From Roseicyclus sp. (lineage in GTDB: Bacteria; Pseudomonadota; Alphaproteobacteria; Rhodobacterales; Rhodobacteraceae): a stretch of 50,706 nucleotides of DNA. This document shows positions 28,557 through 37,639 of this stretch, piece by piece. Positions within the stretch are counted from its first letter, which is position 1. Every line of letters starts with the position of its first letter. The position numbers and the translations under genes were made by a program. The stretch is taken from positions 1 through 50,706 of the forward strand of contig JAOARA010000176.1 of NCBI GenBank assembly GCA_025211115.1. Reading direction: 5' to 3'. Under the pieces are notes generated by a model. It was not told the DNA's origin. It searched no databases and saw only the letters and a program-made list of their open reading frames with translations.

Positions 28557-29561
28557 ATGACGATCACTCTCGGCATCAACGGGTTCGGCCGCATCGGGCG
28601 CTGCACGCTCGCCCATATCACCGAGGCCGCCCGCAATGACGTGCAGGTCGTCAAGATCAACGCCACCGGCCCCATCGAGACCAACGCCCACCTGCTGAAA
28701 TACGACAGCGTCCATGGCCGCTTCCCCGGCGAGGTGCGCGTCTCGGGCGACACGATGGACCTCGGCCGCGGGCCGATGAAGGTGTTTTCGACCTACGACC
28801 CGGCAGAGCTGGACTGGGAAGGCTGCGATGTCGTCCTCGAATGCACCGGCAAGTTCAATGACCGCGACGCCGCCGCCGTCCACCTGACACGCGGTGCCAA
28901 GCGCGTGCTGGTCTCGGCCCCAGCCAAGAACGCCGACAAGACCATCGTCTACGGCGTGAACCACCGCGAGCTTCTGGACACGCATCATGTCGTCTCGAAC
29001 GGCTCCTGCACCACCAACTGCCTCGCGCCGCTGGCCAAGGTGCTGAACGACGCCATCGGCATCGAGCGCGGGATCATGACGACGATCCACAGCTATACCG
29101 GCGACCAGCCGACGCTCGACCGCCGCCACAAGGACCTCTACCGCGCCCGCGCCGCGGCCATGGCGATGATCCCGACCTCAACCGGGGCCGCCAAGGCCCT
29201 GAAAGAGGTGCTGCCCGAGCTCGAGGGCCGCCTGGACGGCACTGCGCTTCGCGTGCCCACGCCCAATGTCTCGGCCGTCGACCTGACCTTCGAGGCGGGA
29301 AAGGACGTCACCGTCGAGGACGTGAACGAGATCATCCGCGAAGCCGCCGAGGGCCATATGCGCAGCGTGCTGGCCTATGACCCCGAGCCCAAGGTTTCGA
29401 TCGACTTCAACCACACCACCCATTCCTCGATCTTCGCGCCCGACCAGACCAAGGTCGTGGGCGGCCGCACCGTGCGGGTGCTGGCCTGGTATGACAACGA
29501 ATGGGGCTTTTCCGCGCGCATGGCCGACGTTTCCGCCGCAATGGGGCGCCTGCTGCACTGA
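28557..29561 (+). CDS. gap: Type I glyceraldehyde-3-phosphate dehydrogenase paralogue 1
   Basis: [19 protein letters not shown] catalytic motif, [17 protein letters not shown]. Confidence 0.92.
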   Translation: MTITLGINGFGRIGRCTLAHITEAARNDVQVVKINATGPIETNAHLLKYDSVHGRFPGEVRVSGDTMDLGRGPMKVFSTYDPAELDWEGCDVVLECTGKFNDRDAAAVHLTRGAKRVLVSAPAKNADKTIVYGVNHRELLDTHHVVSNGSCTTNCLAPLAKVLNDAIGIERGIMTTIHSYTGDQPTLDRRHKDLYRARAAAMAMIPTSTGAAKALKEVLPELEGRLDGTALRVPTPNVSAVDLTFEAGKDVTVEDVNEIIREAAEGHMRSVLAYDPEPKVSIDFNHTTHSSIFAPDQTKVVGGRTVRVLAWYDNEWGFSARMADVSAAMGRLLH

Positions 29562-29567
29562 GCGGCC

Positions 29568-29858
29568 TCAGACCCCCGAGATCAGCACATCCAAGGCGCG
29601 GGTGATCGCATCGCCCGCGCCTTTTGCCGTCCCGACCTTCTCGAGGGGCGCCCGGCGGACAGCGGCGATCAGGCGCGTGGCGAGAACCAGCTTCCGCCCC
29701 TCGACCTCGATCACCGGGTTCAACCGCGCGACCGCGGGGTAATCCGGCAGAAGCGGGATGATGACGACCGTCGGATCGGGCGGCAACAGGTCACTTTCGA
29801 CGACCACCATCAGCGTGCCGCGATAGGCGGCGACATCGAACCGGGTCAGGCCGTCCAT
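29568..29858 (-). CDS. ccdB: CcdB family toxin
   Basis: 96 aa: RFDV, MVVVESDLL, TVVIIPL, RLNPVIEVEG, DAITRALDVLISG; overlaps the upstream ccdA-like gene. Confidence 0.8.
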   Translation of the reverse strand: MDGLTRFDVAAYRGTLMVVVESDLLPPDPTVVIIPLLPDYPAVARLNPVIEVEGRKLVLATRLIAAVRRAPLEKVGTAKGAGDAITRALDVLISGV

Positions 29859-30100
29859 GTCGCCCGGCTCGGCCCCGCCATGATCTCGGCCAGCGGATGG
29901 CCGTTCTCCGCGTGCCAGCGGGCCTGCGCTGCAAAGGCCTCGGCGTTCTCCTCCAGCCACTGCCGCTGCCGCGCCTCGGCCAGCGCGGTGCGCAGGGCAG
30001 CCTCGGCCACGGCCGAGACGTTGACGCCCAGCGCGCGGGCCTCGTCAAGCGCCGCCGCATCGAGACTGAGAGAGGTCTTTCGTTTCGCGCTCGAAGACAT
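29846..30100 (-). CDS. ccdA: CcdA family antitoxin
   Basis: KRKTSLSLD..ALDEARALGVNVSAVAEAAL (RHH) and WLEENAEAF, typical of CcdA. Confidence 0.88.
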   Translation of the reverse strand: MSSSAKRKTSLSLDAAALDEARALGVNVSAVAEAALRTALAEARQRQWLEENAEAFAAQARWHAENGHPLAEIMAGPSRATWTA

Positions 30101-30335
30101 TCAGCACCCCCCGAAATACCGCATGATCATACCGCTCCAGCCACGACCTTGCAACGCACCAGCGGCGTTCAAGGCCGTCGCGCGCCCCTCAACCGCAGTT
30201 GCAGAGGCCTCTGCCGAAGGTTTGCGCGCCCCCATCCCAACCTCGGTGCAATGGTGCCCGGCGCTGTCCCCGGTCATCTCCCGTCTCGTCAAGGCGCCGC
30301 ATCCCGCAGCGCCAACACCACAGGAGACTGACCCG

Positions 30336-30590
30336 ATGACCCGCATCCTCCCCGCCGCCCTCGCGCTTGCCATCGCCCTGCCCGGCATGGCGCTCGCCTC
30401 CTCCGACGCGCCCGTCGCGGAAGAGACGCAAACCGCGATCCGCACCATGCTCGAGGCCGAAGGCTACGAGGTCCGCCAGATCCAGACCGAGGACGGCATG
30501 TTCGAGGCCTACGCGCTCAAGGACGGCGAACGCTACGAGATCTACATCGACGCCGACATGCAGATCGTCCGCACCAAGCGCGACGACTGA
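30336..30590 (+). CDS. Secreted PepSY domain protein
   Basis: AGGAG SD, signal peptide, LEAEGYEVRQIQTEDGMFEAYALKDGERYEIYID. Confidence 0.88.
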   Translation: MTRILPAALALAIALPGMALASSDAPVAEETQTAIRTMLEAEGYEVRQIQTEDGMFEAYALKDGERYEIYIDADMQIVRTKRDD

Positions 30591-30663
30591 GGCCCGGCCG
30601 ACGCAAGGCCCGAGGGGGCGGGCCCGATCCCGCCCCATTCCCCCCACCGCAAGGACCCGCACC

Positions 30664-31203
30664 ATGACCCGCCACCCCGTCTGGGACCCGTTCATCCGGC
30701 TGTTCCACTGGTCGCTCGTCGGCCTTTTCGCCGCCAATGCGCTGTTCACCGAGGATGAAAGCACGCTGCACGAATGGGTCGGCTACGCCGCCGTCACGCT
30801 GATCGCGGCGCGCCTGATCTGGGGCCTGATCGGCCCGCGCCACGCGCGCTTCGCCGATTTCCTGCCCTCCCCCCGCGCCGCCCTGCAGCAGCTGCAGGAC
30901 ATCGCCACCGGCCGCCATCGTGTCCACCTCGGCCACACGCCGCTGGGCGCGCTGATGATCCTGAACCTGCTCGTCACGATCCTGTTGATCGGGGCAACCG
31001 GCTACATGATGACCACCACCGCCTTCTGGGGTGTCGGCTGGGGCGAGGAGACGCACGAGGTTCTGGTCGGCTGGGCCGAGATCTCCATTGTCGTCCATAT
31101 CGCCGCGGTGATCTGGGAGTCGGTCCGCACCGGCGTGAATTTGCCGCGGGCGATGGTCTCGGGGGTCAAGTCCGTCCCGGACGATGCTACCATAGTCGAA
31201 TGA
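30664..31203 (+). CDS. Cytochrome b/b6-domain (b561-like) membrane protein
   Basis: VWDPFIRLFHW, LHEWVGY, RLIWG, GHTPLG, THE, VHIAAV: His ligands on four TM helices. Confidence 0.88.
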   Translation: MTRHPVWDPFIRLFHWSLVGLFAANALFTEDESTLHEWVGYAAVTLIAARLIWGLIGPRHARFADFLPSPRAALQQLQDIATGRHRVHLGHTPLGALMILNLLVTILLIGATGYMMTTTAFWGVGWGEETHEVLVGWAEISIVVHIAAVIWESVRTGVNLPRAMVSGVKSVPDDATIVE

Positions 31204-31733
31204 TCCGCGGCCTGTCCGAAAACCCCATGGCGCTTGGCGCCCTGATCCTTGCGCAGGGGGCCTGCGCGGGGATCTTCCTGTTCGATGTCGTGCTGGACGG
31301 CGGCGCGATGCAGACGCTCTGGCCGCTCGACTGGCATTTCGCGGTTGAGGCCGCCGCGGTCGCGGGCCTGATCGCGGGCATTGCCTTCGAGATCCGGGTG
31401 CTCTTGCGCCTGCTGGCGCGCAAGGCGCATCTGGAACGCCAGGTCAGCATGGCCGCCAGCGCTCTGCATGACGTGATCGAGGCACATTTCCGCGACTGGT
31501 CCCTGACCGCCTCCGAAGCCGATGTGGCATGGTTCACGGTCAAGGGGCTTCCCATCGCCGAAATCGCGCGGCTGCGCGGCTCGGCCGAGGGAACGGTGAA
31601 AAGCCACCTGAACGCGATCTACCGCAAGGCGGGCGTGTCGAACCGGGGCGAGCTGCTGAGCCTGCTGATCGAAGACCTGATGGACGACCCCGCCGAGCCC
31701 GCGGCCCCGCTGACCGCCCCGCGCAGCGCATGA
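31200..31733 (+). CDS. Membrane-anchored LuxR-type HTH regulator
   Basis: Two N-terminal TM helices then WSLTASEADVA...KGL.IAEIA.LRG.AEGTVKSHLNAIYRKAGV; ATGA overlap with the cytochrome b gene. Confidence 0.88.
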   Translation: MIRGLSENPMALGALILAQGACAGIFLFDVVLDGGAMQTLWPLDWHFAVEAAAVAGLIAGIAFEIRVLLRLLARKAHLERQVSMAASALHDVIEAHFRDWSLTASEADVAWFTVKGLPIAEIARLRGSAEGTVKSHLNAIYRKAGVSNRGELLSLLIEDLMDDPAEPAAPLTAPRSA

Positions 31734-31800
31734 GCGATTTGCCCCTTTGCCTGCCCGCGCCGCCGTGGCAGGGTCCGCGCGCAACGCGAAAGGGGCAGGC

Positions 31801-31944
31801 ATGACCAACGGGCTGGCGATCTTTCTGGGTCTCTGCATCGCGGCCTTCCTCGCCGTCGATGCCACGCTCTACGGCTGGGACCTGTCGCTTCAGCTCGCCC
31901 GCCGCTTCACCGACCTTCTGCAGTGGCTCGCCTTCTGGCGGTAA
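31801..31944 (+). CDS. Small membrane protein (47 aa)
   Basis: MTNGLAIFLGLCIAAFLAVD...LARRFTDLLQWLAFWR; hydrophobic N-terminus, GC3-rich codons. Confidence 0.7.
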   Translation: MTNGLAIFLGLCIAAFLAVDATLYGWDLSLQLARRFTDLLQWLAFWR

Positions 31945-32093
31945 TCGATGCGCCCACTGCCCGTTTTGGCGGCATTTGCCCGATGCATCGGCACAGCCCG
32001 CCCCACGGGGAATTGCAGCCCAGCGGGGCCGTCGCTAATCTTGCGTCTCGATGCCCGCCCAGACGGGCCGACCAACAGTGAAGGATTGACCCG

Positions 32094-32933
32094 ATGACAT
32101 CCGTGTTCGACCTCGCCCGCGGCACCACGCTGGCGCTTGCCGCGGCGCTTCTGACCGCGCTGCCCTTTGCCGCCGACGCGCAGGAGCGCACGCCGCAGGA
32201 CCCGCGCCTGTTCACCCCCGGCCAGCTGACCGTCGGCACCGGCGACCCGGTCTATCCGCCCTGGATGATGAACAACGACCCCGCGGGTGGCGAAGGCTTC
32301 GAGAACGGCCTCGTCTACGCGCTGGCCGAAGAGATGGGCTTTACCCCCGATCAGGTCGTCTGGGTCGGCCAGACCTTCGACCAGGCCATCGCGCCGGGCG
32401 CGAAACCCTATGATTTCGGCATCCAGCAGATCTCCGTCACCGAGGCCCGCGCCGAGATCGTCACCTTCTCCCAGGTCTACTACCAGCCGCAGAAGGCCGT
32501 CATCGCGCTCCCCGGCACGGCGGCCGAAACCGCCACCAGCTTCGAGGATCTGCGCAGCTTGCGCTGGGGCGCCGTGATCGGGACGACCGACAATGACTAC
32601 CTCGTCAACGTCCTCGGCATCGACGACGCCGCGATCTACAACGAACAGGTCGACGTCTTCCAGGCGATGCAGGCGGGCCAGATCGACGTGACGCTGGCCG
32701 CCCTTCCCACCGCGCTTTTCGTCACCGCCGTTCAGGTGCCCGACGCCGGGATCGTCGCGCTGCTTCCGGCGGACGAGAACGACCGCGGCCACGGCCTGTT
32801 GTTCGAGTTCGGCAACCCGCTGGTCGACTGGGTGGACGAGGCGCTGACCGCCCTCATCGAACGCGGCACGGTCGACGAATTGGTCGCCACCTGGCTGGTG
32901 GCCGACCCGGACCTGCCGATCATCACCGAATGA
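32094..32933 (+). CDS. Polar amino acid ABC transporter substrate-binding protein
   Basis: Signal peptide, GQLTVGT..PVYPPW, ISVTEAR, FSQVYY; first gene of the ABC operon. Confidence 0.88.
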   Translation: MTSVFDLARGTTLALAAALLTALPFAADAQERTPQDPRLFTPGQLTVGTGDPVYPPWMMNNDPAGGEGFENGLVYALAEEMGFTPDQVVWVGQTFDQAIAPGAKPYDFGIQQISVTEARAEIVTFSQVYYQPQKAVIALPGTAAETATSFEDLRSLRWGAVIGTTDNDYLVNVLGIDDAAIYNEQVDVFQAMQAGQIDVTLAALPTALFVTAVQVPDAGIVALLPADENDRGHGLLFEFGNPLVDWVDEALTALIERGTVDELVATWLVADPDLPIITE

Positions 32934-33787
32934 GCATCGACAAGGCGCGGCGGGGCCCGCCCCCGCCGCCCCCGAAACGCGGCTTCGACTGGCGCGCGGC
33001 AGCACTCCCCTCGGCGATCAGCGCGCTCAGCGTGCTGATCGTCTTCGGCGCGCTCGGCTGGGCGATCACCTCGGCCGAGCAATGGCCGCGGATCAGGCTC
33101 CAGTTCTTCAACACCGAGGCCATGATCGCGGCCTTCCCCCGCGTGCTCCAGGGGTTCTGGATCAACGTCCAGGTCTGGCTGACGGTGCTGGCCTGCATCC
33201 TCGCCTGGGCACTGGCCCTCGCCGTGGTCCGCAGCTTGCGCGCGCCGTGGTTCGCGCCCTTCCGGCTGATGGTCGTCGTCTACATCGACATCTTCCGCGG
33301 CGTCCCCGTCCTGCTGCTCGTCCTGCTCTTCGGCTTCGGCGTGCCCGCGCTGAACCTGCCGGGCCTGCCCAACTCGGGCCTGTTCTGGGGCGGCGTCGCC
33401 ATGGTGCTCAGCTATTCGGCCTATGTGGCAGAGATCTACCGCTCCGGCATCGACGCGGTCCACGAGGGGCAACGCGCCGCCGCCAAGTCGCTGGGCCTGA
33501 GCGAATGGCAGACCATGGTTCACGCGATCCTGCCGCAGGCGCTGCGCAACGTGGTGCCTGCGCTGATGAACATCGTCGTCGCCCTGCAAAAGGACGTGGC
33601 GCTCCTGTCGGTCATCGGCGTCCGCGACGCGGTGCGCGAGGCGCAGATCTACACCGCCACCACCTTCAACTATTCCTCGCTGATCGTGGCCGCGGGCCTG
33701 TTCCTCCTGGCCACCATCCCGATGGCGCGGCTCGCCGATTACCTGACCCGCCGCGACCGCGCGCGCCGCTTGCAGATCGCCACATGA
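32930..33787 (+). CDS. Polar amino acid ABC transporter permease
   Basis: YIDIFRGVPVLL, SAYVAEIYRSGI, GQRAAAKSLGLS (EAA loop), ILPQA. Confidence 0.92.
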   Translation: MSIDKARRGPPPPPPKRGFDWRAAALPSAISALSVLIVFGALGWAITSAEQWPRIRLQFFNTEAMIAAFPRVLQGFWINVQVWLTVLACILAWALALAVVRSLRAPWFAPFRLMVVVYIDIFRGVPVLLLVLLFGFGVPALNLPGLPNSGLFWGGVAMVLSYSAYVAEIYRSGIDAVHEGQRAAAKSLGLSEWQTMVHAILPQALRNVVPALMNIVVALQKDVALLSVIGVRDAVREAQIYTATTFNYSSLIVAAGLFLLATIPMARLADYLTRRDRARRLQIAT

Positions 33788-34530
33788 CCCCACGCATCCA
33801 GATCGACGAGGTCACCAAGTATTTCGGCGACAAGCTGGTCCTCGACCGCGTCAGCCTGAGCGTGCAGAAGCACGAGGTCACCTGCCTGATCGGCGCCTCG
33901 GGTTCGGGCAAATCCACGCTGCTCAGATGCGTGAACCGGCTGGTCGAGCATGACTACGGCACCATCCGCCTCGACGGCGTGCCGGTCGATGACCCCAGCT
34001 TCGGCAAGACCGGCCTGCAGCGCCGCGCGGGCATCGTCTTCCAGTCCTACAACCTCTTCCCTCACATGAGCGTGCTCGACAACATCACGCTCGCCCCGCG
34101 CAAGGTCCACGGCACACCCCGCGCCGAGGCCGAGGACCGCGGCCGCGAGGTTCTCGCCCGCTTCGCCATGGACCGTTTCGCGCAGGCCTACCCCGAGCAG
34201 CTCTCGGGCGGCCAGCAACAGCGCGTCGCCATCGCGCGTGCCCTGATGACCCGCCCCGACGTGCTGCTTCTCGACGAGATCACGGCCGCGCTCGACCCCG
34301 AACTGGTGGGCGAGGTTCTGGCCATCATCCGCGGCCTGAAGGACGAGGGGATGACCATGATGATCGTCACCCATGAAATGGCCTTCGCCCGCGAGGTCGC
34401 AGACCGCGTCGCCTTCCTCGACGGCGGCCTGATCCTCGAAGACGGGCCACCCGAACAGATCTTCGCCGCGCCGCAGGAAGAACGCACCCGCGCCTTCCTG
34501 CAACGCATCATCAGCGCGGGCCGCCTCTGA
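33784..34530 (+). CDS. Polar amino acid ABC transporter ATP-binding protein
   Basis: GASGSGKST, VFQSYNLFPH, LSGGQQQRVAIARAL, LLLDE, VTHEM. Confidence 0.93.
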   Translation: MTPRIQIDEVTKYFGDKLVLDRVSLSVQKHEVTCLIGASGSGKSTLLRCVNRLVEHDYGTIRLDGVPVDDPSFGKTGLQRRAGIVFQSYNLFPHMSVLDNITLAPRKVHGTPRAEAEDRGREVLARFAMDRFAQAYPEQLSGGQQQRVAIARALMTRPDVLLLDEITAALDPELVGEVLAIIRGLKDEGMTMMIVTHEMAFAREVADRVAFLDGGLILEDGPPEQIFAAPQEERTRAFLQRIISAGRL

Positions 34531-34571
34531 GATCCCCCCTTCCCATCGCGCCATAGCCCCGCTACACAGGC

Positions 34572-34589
34572 GATGTTACCGCTAACATC
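34572..34589. promoter_or_regulatory. LacI-type (CceR-like) operator palindrome upstream of the second gap
   Basis: gatgttaccgctaacatc = TGTT-N6-AACA with central CG, nearly perfect inverted repeat. Confidence 0.75.
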
Positions 34590-34679
34590 ACGCGCGGCCC
34601 CGCCGCCGTTTTGCCGATCGTGAAACCCGTGGCAGGCTTGCGCGTAGATATGTCGACCCCAAAGGGACGGGAGAGCAAC

Positions 34680-35684
34680 ATGACCGTGAAAGTCGCCATC
34701 AACGGGTTCGGACGCATCGGGCGCAACGTGCTGCGCGCGCTGGTCGAACAGGGCCGGACGGATATCGAGGTGGTCGCCATCAACGACCTCGGCCCGGTCG
34801 AGACGAACGCGCACCTGTTGCGCTTCGACAGTGTCCACGGCCGCTTCCCCGGCGAGGTGAAGACGACCGAGACCACCCTCGACGTGGGCCGCGGCCCGAT
34901 CGAGGTGACGGCGATCCGCAACCCCGCCGAGCTGCCCTGGTCCCATGTCGATATCGTGCTGGAATGCACCGGCATCTTCACCGACAAGGACAAGGCGCAG
35001 GTCCATCTCGAGAACGGCGCCTCGCGCGTGCTGGTCTCGGCCCCCTCCAAGGGCGCGGACAAGACCATCGTCTACGGTGTGAACCACGGCACGCTGGGGC
35101 CGGATGACGTGATCGTCTCGAACGCCTCCTGCACGACGAACTGCCTCGCGCCCGTGGCCCATGTGCTGCATGACGCCATCGGCCTGAAGCGCGGCTTCAT
35201 GACGACGATCCACAGCTACACCGGCGACCAGCCGACGCTCGACAAGATGCACAAGGACCTCTACCGCGCGCGCGCCGCGGCGATGTCGATGATCCCCACC
35301 TCGACCGGCGCCGCCAAGGCCGTGGGCCTCGTGCTGCCGGATCTCGCGGGCAAGCTTGACGGCGTGGCGATCCGGGTGCCGACGCCCAATGTTTCGGTCG
35401 TGGACCTGACCTTCGAGGCCGCCCGCGACACGAGTGCCGAAGAGATCAACGCCGCCATCCACGCCGCCGCCGGCGCGGGCCCGCTCAAGGGCATCCTCGG
35501 CGTCACCGACGACATGCTGGTGTCGATGGATTTCAACCACGACCCCCATTCCTCGATCTTCGCCACCGCCCAGACCAAGGTGATGGACGGCAACATGTGC
35601 CGCGTCCTCAGCTGGTATGACAACGAATGGGGCTTCTCGAACCGCATGCTCGACACGGCGGTCGAGATGGGCAAGCACCTGTAA
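34680..35684 (+). CDS. gap: Type I glyceraldehyde-3-phosphate dehydrogenase paralogue 2
   Basis: [46 protein letters not shown]; GGGAGAG SD. Confidence 0.96.
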   Translation: MTVKVAINGFGRIGRNVLRALVEQGRTDIEVVAINDLGPVETNAHLLRFDSVHGRFPGEVKTTETTLDVGRGPIEVTAIRNPAELPWSHVDIVLECTGIFTDKDKAQVHLENGASRVLVSAPSKGADKTIVYGVNHGTLGPDDVIVSNASCTTNCLAPVAHVLHDAIGLKRGFMTTIHSYTGDQPTLDKMHKDLYRARAAAMSMIPTSTGAAKAVGLVLPDLAGKLDGVAIRVPTPNVSVVDLTFEAARDTSAEEINAAIHAAAGAGPLKGILGVTDDMLVSMDFNHDPHSSIFATAQTKVMDGNMCRVLSWYDNEWGFSNRMLDTAVEMGKHL

Positions 35685-35705
35685 GCGGGGCTGGCCGGGG
35701 GTTTT

Positions 35706-35729
35706 CCGTATTTGGGGGAAGATGAAGGG
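35706..35729 (+). repeat. Dispersed intergenic repeat (ccgtatttgggggaagatgaaggg)
   Basis: Exact 24/24 reverse complement of 39691-39714. Confidence 0.85.
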
Positions 35730-35906
35730 CAATTTTAGTCGAATTGTCTGCATCCCCAGCCCGGATCATCGTCTTTCGGCGGTGCGCTCGTGCGACGCCC
35801 GGCCCGACCTCCGGCATGACGCCCGGCATGGCGCGGGTCGCAAAGGCCGCGCGCAAGATGGGGGTTTCGGGCTCGCTCCGGCCTGAAACCGCCTTACCTA
35901 TCCGGC

Positions 35907-37511
35907 ATGGACGATTTCGCAGCCCTCTTCACCACGCTCGACCAGACCACGAAGACCAGCGTCAAGACCGCCGCCCTGGCGGAGTTCTTTCGCACGGCCG
36001 CCGATGCGGACAAGCTCTGGACCGTGGCGCTGCTGTCGGGCCGCCGCCCGCGGCGCAGCATCACCACCAGCAGGCTGCGCGACTGGGCCGCCGAGCGCGC
36101 GGGCATTCCGCTCTGGCTGTTCGAAGCCTGCTACCCGGTGGTGGGCGACCTGTCCGAGACCATCGCCCTCGTGCTGCCCGAACCGGACCCCGCCGCGCGG
36201 ATCCGCAAGCCGCTGAGCCGATGGATCGCCGAGCTGCGCGCGCTCGACCGGGCCGATGATGCCGCGCGCAAGGCCTTTGTCCTTGCCGCCTGGGACGGGC
36301 TGCCGCCCTCCGAGCGTTTCGTCTTCAACAAGCTGATCACCGGTGGTTGGCGCATGGGCGTCAGCCAGAAGCTGATGACCCGCGCCCTGGCGCAGGCCAC
36401 CGGCATCGACGAGCCGGAACTGGCCCATCGCCTGATGGGCGACTGGTCCCCCGACAGGACCAGCTGGCAAGCCCTGATCGAGGCCCCCGACCCCGGCGCG
36501 GACCTGTCGCGCCCCTACCCGTTCCAGCTCGCCCACCCGCTCGAGACCGCGCCCGAGACGCTCGGCCCCGTCACCGACTGGCTGGCCGAGCGCAAATGGG
36601 ACGGCATCCGCGGCCAGCTGATCCTGCGCGGCGGCGACCGTTACCTGTGGTCCCGCGGCGAAGAGCTGATGACCGACCGCTTCCCCGAACTGGCGCAGCT
36701 GGTCGATGCCCTGCCCGGCGGCTGCGTGATCGACGGCGAGATCCTGGCCTGGGACCACGCGGCCGAGGCTCCTCTGGGCTTTTCGAGGCTGCAACCGCGC
36801 ATCGGGCGGAAGACCGTGCCGAAGAAGCTGCTGACCGAGGCCCCGGTCATCGTCATGGCCTATGACCTGCTGGAGGACGGCGGCGAAGACATCCGCGCCC
36901 TGGCGCTCGACCGTCGCCGCGCGCGGCTTGCCGCCCATCTCGCGCCCCTGCCCGCCGCCCTGCCGATCCGCCTGTCGCAGCCCGTCGCCGCCGAGGACTG
37001 GCAGGGGCTGGCCGCGGCGCGCGCCATCTCCCGCGACCTGGGCGCCGAGGGGCTGATGCTGAAGCGCCTCGACGCGGCTTACGTCGCGGGGCGGAAGAAG
37101 GGCGACTGGTGGAAATGGAAGCTCGACCCGCTGACCATCGACGCGGTGATGATCTACGCGCAGGCGGGATCGGGCAGGCGCGCGACGCTCTACACCGATT
37201 TCACCTTCGCCGTGCGCGACGGCAACGCGCTGGTGCCCTTCACCAAGGCCTATTCCGGCCTGACCGACGCCGAGTTCCGCGAGATCACGGCCTGGGTGCG
37301 CAAGAACACCACCGAGCGTTTCGGCCCGGTGCGCGCGGTCAAGCCGCATCATGTCTTCGAGATCGCCTTCGAAGGCATCCAGGCCAGCCCGCGCCACAAG
37401 TCGGGCGTCGCGCTGCGCTTTCCGCGCATGGCCCGCTGGCGCCGCGACAAGCCGGTGTCCGAGGCCAACACGCTCGACGACCTGAAGGCGATGCTGGCGC
37501 AATACGGCTGA
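35907..37511 (+). CDS. ATP-dependent DNA ligase
   Basis: N-terminal DNA-binding domain (VGDLSETIAL), motif I ERKWDGIRGQ, IDGE, YDLL, EGLMLK, WWKWK, GVALRFPR. Confidence 0.93.
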   Translation: MDDFAALFTTLDQTTKTSVKTAALAEFFRTAADADKLWTVALLSGRRPRRSITTSRLRDWAAERAGIPLWLFEACYPVVGDLSETIALVLPEPDPAARIRKPLSRWIAELRALDRADDAARKAFVLAAWDGLPPSERFVFNKLITGGWRMGVSQKLMTRALAQATGIDEPELAHRLMGDWSPDRTSWQALIEAPDPGADLSRPYPFQLAHPLETAPETLGPVTDWLAERKWDGIRGQLILRGGDRYLWSRGEELMTDRFPELAQLVDALPGGCVIDGEILAWDHAAEAPLGFSRLQPRIGRKTVPKKLLTEAPVIVMAYDLLEDGGEDIRALALDRRRARLAAHLAPLPAALPIRLSQPVAAEDWQGLAAARAISRDLGAEGLMLKRLDAAYVAGRKKGDWWKWKLDPLTIDAVMIYAQAGSGRRATLYTDFTFAVRDGNALVPFTKAYSGLTDAEFREITAWVRKNTTERFGPVRAVKPHHVFEIAFEGIQASPRHKSGVALRFPRMARWRRDKPVSEANTLDDLKAMLAQYG

Positions 37512-37639
37512 CCGCCGTCCGTCGCGGGCCGCAGGGCCGCGAATCCCCCGATGATGTGCTATGATCATCATCCCGGTGCCACCGGGCCGCGCCGCGAGGC
37601 CTGCCCCCACCCGGCACCCGAGACCCGGAGGAGACAGCC

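Noticed and set aside
29562-34679. Inter-gap block as a prophage, IS or integrative element
   Set aside because: No integrase, transposase, att-like repeat, tRNA or obvious GC shift.
35685-35906. Short ORFs or an exonuclease remnant between gap2 and the ligase
   Set aside because: No motif similarity, SD or coding-like codon pattern.
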